This document shows, piece after piece, positions 9,473 to 19,341 of a stretch of 64,000 nucleotides of DNA (position 1 is its first letter; every line of letters begins with the position of its first letter). The DNA is from an uncultured delta proteobacterium (lineage in GTDB: Bacteria; Desulfobacterota; RBG-13-43-22). The notes below the pieces were generated by a model, which saw only the letters and a program-made list of their open reading frames with translations, had not been told where the DNA came from and did no database searches. The stretch is from assembly GCA_963790475.1 (NCBI GenBank), contig CAWBOS010000012.1, forward strand, positions 1,280,001 through 1,344,000. The letters run 5' to 3'. The translations under genes were made by a program, and so were the position numbers.

Positions 9473-10317
9473 ATCTTGACCTCCTCTACAAAGATTTCCG
9501 GGGAAACAAACTCCTTGAATTTGGTCTCCACATATTGTTTCAAGGTCACCTCCGCGGCCCGGCAGGAAGAACAGGCCCCCCGGAGGGAGACCAGGACCTT
9601 GTTGCCTTCGATATCGATCAGATCAATATCCCCTCCGTCGGCCTTGAGGGCCGGTCTGATCTCCCGTTCCAAAGTCTCTTCAATCAGTTTCATTTTTCGA
9701 AGGTTGGTCAGCGGCGCAGGCCTGGAAACGGCCGGAGTCTCGATGGGGCTTTTTTCTTCTTTGAGTATCCGGTTCAGGATGGCTTCGATCTTGTCATGGC
9801 AGGATTCACAGCCCCCCCCGGCTTTGGTGTAATTGGTCACTTCTTCGCGGGTCTTGAGGTTGTTCTGCCGGATAACCCGTTCGATTTCCTTATCGGTCAC
9901 TCCAAAGCACTCGCAGACCAATTCCCCTTCTTCCACCTTGGGAACGGGCTGGCCGCGATAATTGGCAATGGCAGCGGATAGGGCCTGCTCTCCCAAGACC
10001 GAACAATGCATCTTTTCCTTAGGCAAGCCTCCCAAAAAGGCGGCAATATCTTTATTGGTGATTTTTTCGGCCTCTTCCAGGGTCTTCCCTTTTATCAATT
10101 CCGTCAAAGCCGATGAAGAAGCAATGGCACTGGCGCAGCCGAAAGTCTGGAACTTGGCCTCCTGGATCCGTTTTTGTTCATCCAACTTGAAAGTCAGCCG
10201 CAGGGCATCCCCGCAGGCCAGGGAACCCACCTCGCCGACTCCATCCGGGTTCTCCACTTCCCCGATATTTTGGGGGTTTTCAAAATATTCTTTCACTTTA
10301 TCCGTATATTCCCACAT
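9469..10317 (-). CDS. nifU: Fe-S cluster scaffold NifU
   Basis: MWEYTDKV, CGD, FGC, KMHC, CECF..GGGCESC, C-terminal GACSSC. Confidence 0.95.
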   Translation of the reverse strand: MWEYTDKVKEYFENPQNIGEVENPDGVGEVGSLACGDALRLTFKLDEQKRIQEAKFQTFGCASAIASSSALTELIKGKTLEEAEKITNKDIAAFLGGLPKEKMHCSVLGEQALSAAIANYRGQPVPKVEEGELVCECFGVTDKEIERVIRQNNLKTREEVTNYTKAGGGCESCHDKIEAILNRILKEEKSPIETPAVSRPAPLTNLRKMKLIEETLEREIRPALKADGGDIDLIDIEGNKVLVSLRGACSSCRAAEVTLKQYVETKFKEFVSPEIFVEEVKI

Positions 10318-10464
10318 GACTGAGCCTCACTTTTTAAAAAAAGGTTTCAAGGTTTCTATGGTTCAAGGGTTCAAGTAAAATGACTCGAAAGTCAAAATCC
10401 CTTAACGCCCGAATCTCGGGACCTGCTTTTTGTTTCGCCGAACGCTGAACGCTGAACATTTTTA

Positions 10465-10866
10465 TTAATGTTCCCCCTGTACCAATTCAATCAAAATCCC
10501 GTTGGTCCCTTTGGGGTGCAGGAAGGCGACCCTGGTTTGATGGGCCCCGGGCCGGGCCTGTTGATCGATCAAGGGGACCCCTTTGGCCTTCAATTCTTCG
10601 AGAGCCTGGTCGATATCCTCCACTTCCAAAGCAATATGGTGAATGCCCTCTCCCCTTTTTTCGATAAATTTTTTCATGACCCCGTCGGGTTCGGTGGATT
10701 GGACCAGTTCGAGATTGGTCTCTCCCACCGGCAGGAAAACGGTTTTAAGTTCTCCCACGCATTCTTCCCCGGTAACAGGCAGGCCAAGCATTTCTTGAAA
10801 CAGGGACTTGGCTTTATCAGCGTCTATTACACCAACCCCGATATGAGCGATCCGTTTGATCTTCAT
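10465..10866 (-). CDS. mce: Methylmalonyl-CoA epimerase (VOC family)
   Basis: HIGVGV, GEGIHHIAL, GAH..VAFLHPK...LIEL. Confidence 0.85.
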   Translation of the reverse strand: MKIKRIAHIGVGVIDADKAKSLFQEMLGLPVTGEECVGELKTVFLPVGETNLELVQSTEPDGVMKKFIEKRGEGIHHIALEVEDIDQALEELKAKGVPLIDQQARPGAHQTRVAFLHPKGTNGILIELVQGEH

Positions 10867-11031
10867 AAGATAAAACCTCCCGTCTTTTTATTCCCTTATA
10901 GCTAATTTTTCTTTATATTTCAAGTGAAAAGCCAGGAATTAGAAAGCGCCTGTCTGTAAAGGAAATCAATAAGGCGGTTTAGAGTGAAAAAAACAAAAAA
11001 TGTATCAATATAGCTGTATGAAAAAGCCTAA

Positions 11032-11110
11032 TAAATCCCTCCCGACCTCCCTTTGAGAAAGGGAGGGGTCAAGCTTCCCCCTTTGGAAAAGGGGGATTGA
11101 TGGGGATTTA
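11032..11110. repeat. Branched palindromic (REP-like) element
   Basis: Outer taaatccc/gggattta stem enclosing cctccctttgagaaagggagg and ccccctttggaaaaggggg hairpins. Confidence 0.75.
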
Positions 11111-11244
11111 GCCCTTGGAATCATTGAAGTCAGAATTATTTTTCCTTTTTTTCAACACGATAATTTGTTACCAAAAAATAAGATTGCTTTTATCCTGAAA
11201 AAATTGAATTATTTCTAAAATTTCCGATCATAAAACTCAATATT

Positions 11245-11523
11245 ATGAAAATAAAAGCCTTGTTTCACGGAATATTGGCCGACTGGATTGGCTTGGGTGA
11301 AGTGGAATTTACCTTGCCAAAGGAAGCGACCCTGGCTGACCTTCTGTTCGAGATCCGCAAAAACTACGGTTCTAATATGCCTCCCCAACTGGGGATGAAA
11401 GAGCAGGCGGATTTTGATCAGGCCTTTTGGATGGTCAGAGGCTCAGAACAGGTCAAAGAGTCGGAAGAAAAGTTAACCGACGGCGAAGAAATTCGATTTT
11501 TTTTGCCCCTGTCCGGTGGATAA
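11245..11523 (+). CDS. MoaD/ThiS ubiquitin-like sulfur carrier
   Basis: 92 aa, DGEEIRFFLPLSGG C-terminal diglycine. Confidence 0.8.
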   Translation: MKIKALFHGILADWIGLGEVEFTLPKEATLADLLFEIRKNYGSNMPPQLGMKEQADFDQAFWMVRGSEQVKESEEKLTDGEEIRFFLPLSGG

Positions 11524-11738
11524 AAGTGGATAACAGTGAGAAAGGGATATTATCCGACTATAAAAATATTACAAATTTAAGCAGTTACGTTTTAGGGAAG
11601 TTTCTATTTTGTTGAAAAGGCAAAAACTGTTTGTTATTATCCAGAAACTGTTCAATAACTTTTTAGATAGCTGCTGTTGGTCCGGCGTCCAAATAAGTGG
11701 GGATGACCAGTCATAGTTTTCGTTTTTGGAACACATCA

Positions 11739-12599
11739 ATGAACCGGAAGAACGCTCTTTTTGTCTTTCAAGTTGCGGTAGTGGTGCTACTGGTTGCCCT
11801 TGTGGATGCCGTACCGGCAGCCGCGCAATCGCCGGCTCCAGAGCAATCAAAGTCTACTCAACCCAAAGACACCGATGATGAGGATCTGATCAATCCTGAT
11901 CGGCCCGGTATCGCCGATGGTAGCATGGTCATTGGTGCTAAAAGGCTTCAGATTGAGAGCGGCATTCAAGCAGAATACCGCCATCAGAACGGGAGTAGTG
12001 AGTACACACTCTTTTTCCCGACCTTGCTGCGCATCGGCCTCAGTGGCCGTTGGGAAGCGCGTATTGAAGGTAACACCTTTACCTGGAAGAGTGATTTTGA
12101 TGATACGACTAATCAAGTCTCTGGGCTGGCACCTCTCTCATTGGGCCTCAAATACCACATTGCAGACTCAGAGGGAGTGCATCGTCCTTCGATGGGTGCT
12201 ATTGTTCGCCTCTTTCCAGCGTCGGGGACGAGCGACTTTCGCACGAACCACGTCACAGGCGATCTGCGGTTGGTCGCTGACTGGGACTTCGCGCCCAAGT
12301 TATCACTCAACCCTAATGTAGGAGTGGGAGTGTATGAGGATGGTCAGGGGGAGGTATTTGTTGCCGGGCTGTTTGCGCTGACCTTGAACTATCTTCCCAG
12401 CAAAAAGCTGAACCCGTTTATTGATTTTGGTCTACAGGCCCCTGAAGAAAAAAATGGGAAAGCCTCCGTTATTGTGGATACGGGGGTGGCTTACATCGTG
12501 GGGCGTAACGTTCAGCTTGATTTCAGCGTGGGCACCGGGGTGCAGGGGGAGACGCCACCGCATCCGTTCGTATCATTCGGTGTGAGCTTGAGGTTCTAA
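11739..12599 (+). CDS. Outer-membrane beta-barrel transporter-family protein (MetA-pathway/phenol-degradation-like)
   Basis: Signal peptide, PDRPG motif, alternating beta strands, C-terminal Phe. Confidence 0.7.
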   Translation: MNRKNALFVFQVAVVVLLVALVDAVPAAAQSPAPEQSKSTQPKDTDDEDLINPDRPGIADGSMVIGAKRLQIESGIQAEYRHQNGSSEYTLFFPTLLRIGLSGRWEARIEGNTFTWKSDFDDTTNQVSGLAPLSLGLKYHIADSEGVHRPSMGAIVRLFPASGTSDFRTNHVTGDLRLVADWDFAPKLSLNPNVGVGVYEDGQGEVFVAGLFALTLNYLPSKKLNPFIDFGLQAPEEKNGKASVIVDTGVAYIVGRNVQLDFSVGTGVQGETPPHPFVSFGVSLRF

Positions 12600-12688
12600 T
12601 GCCAGCGGACGAAGGAAATAGGAAGGAAGATGCAGGAAAGGAGTGACAAGGTGTTAGAAGAGGGATCCTTGCTTTATCAAGATCAATC

Positions 12689-13615
12689 ATGAGAAAAATT
12701 TTCTATCAAAGATTTCTTTTTCTGGCTGGCATTTGGCTCTGTGGATTTTTTTTCCCTCCCATGGAATTATGGGCTGACGGGGCGTATTCTTATCATTTTC
12801 CGGACCCCAAACTCGTTCTGGATTCCAAGGCAGATACGGTCATCGGCCTTTTGGGCGAATATACCATTAAAGAAAAAGACACCTTGTTGGACGTGGCCCG
12901 GGATAATGATCTTGGATTTAACGAGATGGAGAGCTTATACCCAGATATTGATCCCTGGCTACCGGCCGTGGGAACAAGGCTCATTATTCCCAGTCAATGG
13001 GTCCTACCGCAAACCCGGGGGATTGGTATTGTAATCAATATCCCCGAAATGCGACTATATTATTTTTTAAGTTCCATAAGGATGGTTCGAACCTATCCCA
13101 TCGGAATCGGGGACGAGGGGTGGTTCAGCCCTGAAGGGACCTTCTACATCACCGAAAAAAGAAAGAATCCTGCCTGGTATATTCCAGAGTCTCTTCAGGA
13201 AAAATATCAGATGAAGGTCATGCCTCCCGGGCCGGATAATCCCTTGGGGGACTACTGGCTGGGCTTGTCTATTCCAGAATACGGGATTCATGGAACTAAT
13301 ATCCCTTGGGCCATCGGTCGGTTGGTAACGCACGGCTGTATCCGTCTTTATCCTGTGGATATAGAGAAATTGTTTTTTATGGTACCAGTTAAGACGCCGG
13401 TCGAGTTTATTTATGAACCAGTCAAGGTGGGTTGGAAAAAAGGAAGGATCTTTGTGGAAGTCCATCCCGATGTCTATCATAAGATATCCGACTTCAACGA
13501 TTATGGGTTAAATAAAATAAGGTCATTGGGATTGACCGAACGGGTAAACACCGGTTTACTGCTGAAAGTCTTGGGAGAAAAACAAGGTATCCCGGTCGAT
13601 GTAACCAAAGATTAA
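12689..13615 (+). CDS. L,D-transpeptidase (ErfK/YbiS/YcfS family) with LysM
   Basis: INIPEMRLYY, PPGPDNPLG, GIHGTN...THGCIRL. Confidence 0.93.
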   Translation: MRKIFYQRFLFLAGIWLCGFFFPPMELWADGAYSYHFPDPKLVLDSKADTVIGLLGEYTIKEKDTLLDVARDNDLGFNEMESLYPDIDPWLPAVGTRLIIPSQWVLPQTRGIGIVINIPEMRLYYFLSSIRMVRTYPIGIGDEGWFSPEGTFYITEKRKNPAWYIPESLQEKYQMKVMPPGPDNPLGDYWLGLSIPEYGIHGTNIPWAIGRLVTHGCIRLYPVDIEKLFFMVPVKTPVEFIYEPVKVGWKKGRIFVEVHPDVYHKISDFNDYGLNKIRSLGLTERVNTGLLLKVLGEKQGIPVDVTKD

Positions 13616-13789
13616 ATTTGCTATTCTTTCCCTTGATCCGTGATAATTTTGAAGACCAATCTTGAGAACTTCATCATCTGCTTTCTTTCAATTTGTTAAA
13701 ATCTTTGGTGGGATTGCTTTTCCCTCCTTTTATTCCTTTTAGGGATTCAAAGGTCAGTAAGTATTTAGAAAGAAGAAGGTTATTAGAAT

Positions 13790-13826
13790 AAAAAAAGGCC
13801 GAGAAACCGTCACCGGTCTCTCGGCC
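13790..13826 (-). terminator. Intrinsic terminator
   Basis: ggccgaga...tctcggcc hairpin followed by a T-run on the minus strand. Confidence 0.75.
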
Positions 13827-13856
13827 AACCTGAAGAAAGAGAGTGAATAAGATTGG

Positions 13857-14216
13857 TTATTTTTTCATTTTTTTCATAAAAATAGATTCCGCTTTGTCTG
13901 CAGCCGCTTCGGCCTTGACAGCGGCATTTTCTGCTTTCTCCGCCGCCTTTTCCGCTATGGTAGCCGACTCTTCGGCCTTGTTGCCAGCGATTTCTGCCTT
14001 TTGTGCTGAAAGGTCCGCCTTCGTGGCCGCAGCCTCTGCCTTGTTGGCCGCCGATTCCACTCTTTGCATTAACGATTCTATTTTTTTCTCATCAAAGGCC
14101 GGAGCGGGGGTCGCTACCGCTTCTTTAGTAGTAGAACATCCCGAACTGAAAGCCAATAAAAAGACGAGAATCATTAAAGCTGCCATGAATTTCAGGACTT
14201 GTTTTCTTGAAGCCAT
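13857..14216 (-). CDS. Alanine-zipper coiled-coil lipoprotein (Lpp/OprI-like)
   Basis: Lipobox SSGC, KAExAA heptads, C-terminal KKMKK, GGAGG RBS. Confidence 0.8.
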   Translation of the reverse strand: MASRKQVLKFMAALMILVFLLAFSSGCSTTKEAVATPAPAFDEKKIESLMQRVESAANKAEAAATKADLSAQKAEIAGNKAEESATIAEKAAEKAENAAVKAEAAADKAESIFMKKMKK

Positions 14217-14546
14217 TTTTTTTCACCTCCTTTCCATATTACATTAAAATTAAATCAAAAAAATCTTCTTGATTCGGTCGCAATCAATGGCTTACTTACC
14301 TAATTAATCTAAATGCATGATTTTGGCCGTTTTATTCATGTTCCCCCCTTCCCTTAAGAGAAAAATGCTCTAAAGTCCTGGCAATTAATCCCCTTTCATT
14401 AAAATAAGTTGCCTATTTGGTCTAAAATTTAACGATGAAATTAAAGGATGGGAATAAAGGAAACTAAGTATTTTAAATAGAAAAACCCTGTATTTTTAGA
14501 AGGACTGTTTATCGAGAAGTCGCCAGAGATCCGTAGCAACGGCTAG

Positions 14547-16529
14547 CCCATCTTCCGCAGTTAGAAAGCATGGAAGACGCGATATCAAATAGTTACGACA
14601 AGAATTAGGGCATTTTCTTCACTACATTTTCAATAATTTTTGGTTTGTTGGGGAGCAGAATTTTCAATCTCTGAAGCAGCACTTTGAGTTCCTTTGAGGG
14701 AGTAGCCACCATTCTGAGCCGGAGGGTTCTCTCCCGCGCCGGTAGTAGCACATCCAAAGATTTCAATTCCCGCAACTCCTCCAACAGCTTTCTTGGGGCG
14801 GTACCGAGTCCCGAGGCTTTCATCCATTGCTGGAGCGTTCGCCACATAGTCAGCGCCAAGAAGCAGACCAGGATATGAGCCTGGGTCCGTTCCTGTTTTT
14901 GATGGAAGATCGGTCGCATTCCCAGATCATGTTTCTCGGTACGGAATGAATCTTCCACTTCCGTCAGTTGGATGTAGGTATTCCATAGGACTTTCGGGTC
15001 ACTTTCGGTCCAGTTGGTGCGCAGGATGTAGCTACCGCCGGTCTCCAAGGCCCACTGTTGCCGTTGTTCGTTCTTCTTGACTTCTAGGGAAAGCGGTGCG
15101 TCTTTTCCGGTACCGGTCTCTATGACTGTAATATTGAACAACGAGGCCGCACGTTTATTTTGTTCCAGCAGTCGCCCTATTCTCCGCTCGACTTTCTGCT
15201 TGTCTCGGAGCTTGCCGGTTTCGGCCTGGCGGGCCAGGTGATCCAGTTGGCTTTCCAGTCGGGTCAAAAAGTGGTTTAGAATGGCGTTTTCTTTCTCCTT
15301 CCGGCCTTGAGACCGGCACAGGACAAAGATTTCATCCGTTCCTTCCGGCGAGCAACAGAGCTTGACCTCAACATCAGGTTGGACCGCTTCCCAGTTCTGT
15401 TCGAAAAGCTGCTGCTCAAACTTCTTCAGCATCACTTTTGGGGTGCCGACCAAATAGCGGGCACCGACTTTGCGCATAAACTCCAGATTCTCCTCACTCA
15501 CCATGCCGCGATCCATAACCCAGATCCGGTTGGCTTGGCCGTATTTGGCCTCCATCATCTGAACCATCTCTTGGGTCGTCGTAACATCCGGTCGATTGCC
15601 GTCAAAAACCTCAAAGGCTATGGGAAAGCCCTCTCGGGTGGCCACCAGGCCGATGCAGACCTGGGGACAATCTGGACGACTGTCCCGGCTGTAACCCCTC
15701 TTGGCCTGGGCATTGCCCTTGGCGGTCCCCTCAAAATAGGTGGAGGTTATGTCATAAAACAAAAAATCAAAGCTACTGCCGAACAGTTCCCCATAACGCT
15801 CCTGAAGGTGACGGCTTAAGGCATCCTTGTGGGGAAGCAAGGCATCCAGGGCACGATAAAGCCGATCCTCATTGATCTTATAGTCGGCCACTCCCAGCAG
15901 ATCGTCTAAGGCCGTCTGGCCATACCAAAACTCGGCCATCTGTAATTCCGACGATGGGGCGCAAAAGCGTCCAAGAACTAAAATAGACGCCATGATCGAC
16001 CAAGGAATCTCTTCCCGGTTGGAAGGAATATGATCTCGGCAGAACCTGGCAAGCCCCAGTTTGTTCCACAAAAGCAACCCCAAATAGACATCGCCGAAGC
16101 CTCTGAGTCGCTCGACGCTTACGCCATGGATATTGACCGTGGCCCAAGATGGGGGGTCTTCCCCCTGCTCAAACAGTTCAGGTCCAGGTAGAGGCTTTCC
16201 GGAAAGAATCCGTCCGATCTCCTCCCAACCTATCCGCTCTTCCCGATCAAGGCCAGGAAGTTTCCCTATCGTCGCCACTACTCGCTGACGGGGCCCTCGG
16301 GCAGTACGGACCGACTCAACTAAAAGCCAGCTCTCGTACTCCGCTCCACCTTTCTTTTTGGTCGCACGCCGGAGATACATAACCCCATTATCTCCGTTCC
16401 CACAGCACCTGGCAAGGGGGTGGTCTTCACTACATCCAATTTTCAAAGATCAGGACTTGAAATCATTTAACAATTCCTAACAATTCATCACGTTTTTCTT
16501 GATTTTTTCTCCAAACTGCGGAAGATGGG
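14547..16529 (-). mobile_element. IS1634-family insertion sequence, copy 1 (1983 bp)
   Basis: 16-bp perfect terminal inverted repeats CCCATCTTCCGCAGTT, CTAG on both sides. Confidence 0.92.
14605..16380 (-). CDS. IS1634-family DDE transposase
   Basis: YDITSTYFEG, GYSRDSRPD, VMDRGM, Y..L..VE..FR..K; same protein as 39955-41730. Confidence 0.92.
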   Translation of the reverse strand: MYLRRATKKKGGAEYESWLLVESVRTARGPRQRVVATIGKLPGLDREERIGWEEIGRILSGKPLPGPELFEQGEDPPSWATVNIHGVSVERLRGFGDVYLGLLLWNKLGLARFCRDHIPSNREEIPWSIMASILVLGRFCAPSSELQMAEFWYGQTALDDLLGVADYKINEDRLYRALDALLPHKDALSRHLQERYGELFGSSFDFLFYDITSTYFEGTAKGNAQAKRGYSRDSRPDCPQVCIGLVATREGFPIAFEVFDGNRPDVTTTQEMVQMMEAKYGQANRIWVMDRGMVSEENLEFMRKVGARYLVGTPKVMLKKFEQQLFEQNWEAVQPDVEVKLCCSPEGTDEIFVLCRSQGRKEKENAILNHFLTRLESQLDHLARQAETGKLRDKQKVERRIGRLLEQNKRAASLFNITVIETGTGKDAPLSLEVKKNEQRQQWALETGGSYILRTNWTESDPKVLWNTYIQLTEVEDSFRTEKHDLGMRPIFHQKQERTQAHILVCFLALTMWRTLQQWMKASGLGTAPRKLLEELRELKSLDVLLPARERTLRLRMVATPSKELKVLLQRLKILLPNKPKIIENVVKKMP

Positions 16530-16749
16530 CTAGCTTTCCATCCGGGGCTATTAACTTCAACCCGTGACAAAATGTCGCAATTTCACTCCCTTCTTCTCTA
16601 AGCCTTTGTTTTAACTTTCTCCAGTATGCTCCAGCATCCGCGCTTTCAGTCAAGGCAGCACATACATCGACAATAGAAAAACACCACTCATTGTTATGCA
16701 ATAGCTTCCTGATTTCCCTACCCCTGAAAACCGCTATATGAGATTCCAT
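16530..16749 (-). pseudogene. BRO-N domain protein truncated by IS
   Basis: FSIVDV...YWRKLKQRL..EGSE...LKL.APDGK; cut at the CTAG of the IS end. Confidence 0.75.
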
Positions 16750-16793
16750 ACTATCTCCTTATGATGGTTTGGCTCGTACCATTCATATCCGCC

Positions 16794-17274
16794 TCACGTT
16801 ATACTTACCCTGTTCTTTGAAGTGTTCGTGCTCTCCGTGGTGAGAACAATCTGTTCCGTGGCAAATGACACCGGTGCATCAGGAAGAGAGTCATGGCCTT
16901 CTACAAAGTCTGCCACCTCTTCTTGCCTGATAAAAAGTTCGAGTGCTTCATCGCCAATAATTAGACGTAGCGCATCGTCCCTATTTTCTTTCAATCCTGC
17001 TAACACCGGAGCAGATGGAATACAGGTTTTGCGTCCGAGCCAGATTCCCCATACGGGATTGGTCATAGCATCGGTAATCTTTTTAAGCAATGACTTAGCT
17101 CCCTCCAGGAGAACACCAAAGGATGCATCGGTGAGGTACTGCCGATGCGTGATGTGGCAATCCTTGCTTTTCCCCTCTGCTGTCTTCGTGTTCCGGACGG
17201 TGTGATAGTCTTGGAGGCGTCGAACCGGCAACTCCTTCCTGATTGCTTTTCTTGGAATGGCAATAGCGGTCATC
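16794..17274 (-). pseudogene. cas5e: Type I-E Cas5 (CasD) remnant
   Basis: LQDYHTV, THRQYLTDASF, P.W.IWLGRKTCIPSAPV, D.PVSF; N-terminal RAMP start missing; frameshift near 16850. Confidence 0.8.
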
Positions 17275-18054
17275 TGCGTTGTAGCTTGATCATATTCATA
17301 CACCATCAAACTGCCAACATCATGTCAGTCTGATTTAACACAAAAATCATCCGATCTCTGTGTAGGATTCCGGAAAGCAAAGCTACATCTCAACCGGATA
17401 AAAAAAGCCCTCCTCCAACAATTGGAAAAGGGCCTTTGATCTTCATCTTATCCTCCCTGGGGTAGGGGTTAAAGACAAAAAGAAAAGAAAATTTAACAAG
17501 ATAGTGGGAAAATACCACAGGGTCTGCCGATTGTCAACGGCTGGTAAAAGCCATACTTGGTCCTCCCAATCGAAATCACTCGAAATAGAATCGGGCCGCG
17601 ACAACTGATTAGAATAAGATAGCAATAACAGAGGAGTGGGACTTTTTTTAGGTCTATTCTGCAATTTTTAGGCCCCAAATAACAGCGTTTGAGAAATACA
17701 TCAAAGAAAACAGGGCTATGTTTTTCTTTTTCATCGTGCGATGCTCTGAAAGGAAAGCGATGAGGATAATATGATTTTTACCCATTACCGCTCAAAGCAT
17801 ATTTGGGTAGGGATTTAACCTCCACCTTTGGACAAAACTCTGGGGCGAGAAGACACTACTGACTCATATTAGCGTCATCGAGGAAACACCAGGTCAATAC
17901 AGCGGTCCTTATCCCTTCTTTGACGTGGTTTCGCCAAAGTAGGACAATTTGAGGACAGGTCTACGTTTTAATTCAGGAGATTTCTGGATAAGGGAGTTTT
18001 CCCGGGCAGGGCATTTAGAAAAGGGGCAAAGCGGAACCGGGGGTGTTCATTTGA

Positions 18055-18471
18055 TTACTTTTTACGATTTGTAATCCACTGAATCGGGACCAATTTTTCT
18101 ATAGCCTTGAATTCAGGATCGCTGGTCAGGATGCGGCCGCTAAAACGTCTGGCCGTGGCCACACAGAAGGCATCGGCATAAGCGATGGGATACTCGGATT
18201 TGATTTCTGCGGCCTCACTGATTAATTGATCGTCCACCGAAAAGATGTCAATCGGGAGTTGCTCAATGAGAGCCAGGGCTTCCAGAGTTTTTACCCGGCA
18301 GACCCGTCTCTTGACAATGTAGTAGAATTCCCCCCAGTTGATTCGGGAAAGAAAGGCCTTTTTTTCAGCCCCGGTCAGCTCTTTAAAAACGGAACGGACT
18401 GTTTCCCATCCGGGTTCCTGGTGAAAAAAGCTCATAAGGGCAAAGCTGTCAAGAACGATGGGCTGGTCCAT
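18055..18471 (-). CDS. vapC: VapC PIN-domain toxin
   Basis: VLDSFA, NWGE, YADAF, TSDPEF acidic motifs. Confidence 0.88.
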   Translation of the reverse strand: MDQPIVLDSFALMSFFHQEPGWETVRSVFKELTGAEKKAFLSRINWGEFYYIVKRRVCRVKTLEALALIEQLPIDIFSVDDQLISEAAEIKSEYPIAYADAFCVATARRFSGRILTSDPEFKAIEKLVPIQWITNRKK

Positions 18472-18697
18472 GCTTTCGTTCCTGGGAATGTTCTTGTAAA
18501 AGGTCATTGGTGAGGGAAAAATCGCCTTTGAGGAACCCGCAGGCGGTTTCAAGGGGATCCTCCGGGGCCGGTTTAATCAGAATCCCTTCGGTTTGTTCCA
18601 AAATATGAACTTTCCCTCCAGGCTTGACCCCATATTTGTTTCGAATCCTCTTGGGTAGTAAAATCTGACCTTTTGAGGAAATTTGAGCAAGAGACAT
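18449..18697 (-). CDS. AbrB/MazE/SpoVT-family antitoxin
   Basis: ISSKGQILLPKRIR; overlaps the vapC start. Confidence 0.88.
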   Translation of the reverse strand: MSLAQISSKGQILLPKRIRNKYGVKPGGKVHILEQTEGILIKPAPEDPLETACGFLKGDFSLTNDLLQEHSQERKHGPAHRS

Positions 18698-18719
18698 AAA
18701 CGTACTCCTTTTTTCTAAA

Positions 18720-18748
18720 AAGATAACTTTATATTTTATTGTTGTCAA
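18720..18748 (-). promoter_or_regulatory. Putative sigma70 promoter of the TA operon
   Basis: TTGACA-17 bp-TATCTT. Confidence 0.6.
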
Positions 18749-18798
18749 TTAAAATAAAATTCCAATTTTTACTCTTTGGAAGGAAAAAAATAAGCAAC

Positions 18799-18827
18799 TT
18801 GACTTTTGGGCTGATCTTTATTATATT
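18799..18827 (+). promoter_or_regulatory. Putative sigma70 promoter of ssrA
   Basis: TTGACT-17 bp-TATATT. Confidence 0.6.
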
Positions 18828-18890
18828 TATAAATAATAGACAGCATAGTGAGGACGACTAAGTTCTGGTTTTCTTGTCTACTTTCAGAAA

Positions 18891-19241
18891 GGGGGCGAAA
18901 CGGCTTCGACGGGGATATTTAGCTTAGGTGGCATACCGAGGTCCTATCGGCTCGTAAAACAGATAGGAAACAATAATCGCAGACAACTACGATTACGCCT
19001 TGGCCGCTTAGGCGGCCGACATCCTGTCCTTCTTTCCTGCGTGGAGGATAAGGGTGACGATTAGCAGGATAGCCCGAACGAATGGCCTGTGGTCGGGAGG
19101 GCGAAACACTTTACAGGCTAGCTTTTCAGGTCTCCCGCCTGGCGGATCCCCGGAAAGCGAATCTTAAATAGCCAGGATATGTATGTAGAGGCCTAAGTGA
19201 TGTATTTTCGGACGCGGGTTCAACTCCCGCCGCCTCCACCA
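18891..19241 (+). ncRNA. ssrA: tmRNA; tag peptide ADNYDYALAA (18979-19011)
   Basis: 5' GGGGGCGAAACGGCTTCGAC, 3' GGGTTCAACTCCCGCCGCCTCCACCA, tag ORF ending ALAA-stop. Confidence 0.97.
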
Positions 19242-19289
19242 AAAATTAGAAATCCATTTCAGTTATTCAACGTGAGCCGCTTTTAATAT

Positions 19290-19324
19290 AAAGCCCCTGA
19301 GGAATAATCCCGGGGGCTTTTTTT
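19290..19324 (+). terminator. Intrinsic terminator after ssrA
   Basis: aaagcccc...ggggcttttttt. Confidence 0.75.
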
Positions 19325-19341
19325 GTTTGGAGAGGAAGATC

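Noticed and set aside
13843-14247. 134-aa Ala/Ser-rich plus-strand ORF
   Set aside because: Antisense shadow of the lipoprotein, which has the RBS, lipobox and terminator
17394-17678. Short minus-strand ORFs and a terminator-like hairpin upstream of cas5e
   Set aside because: No recognisable motifs; the hairpin overlaps a possible decayed gene start, so neither call is supportable
14230-18050. CRISPR array near cas5e
   Set aside because: No regularly spaced 28-37-bp direct repeats seen
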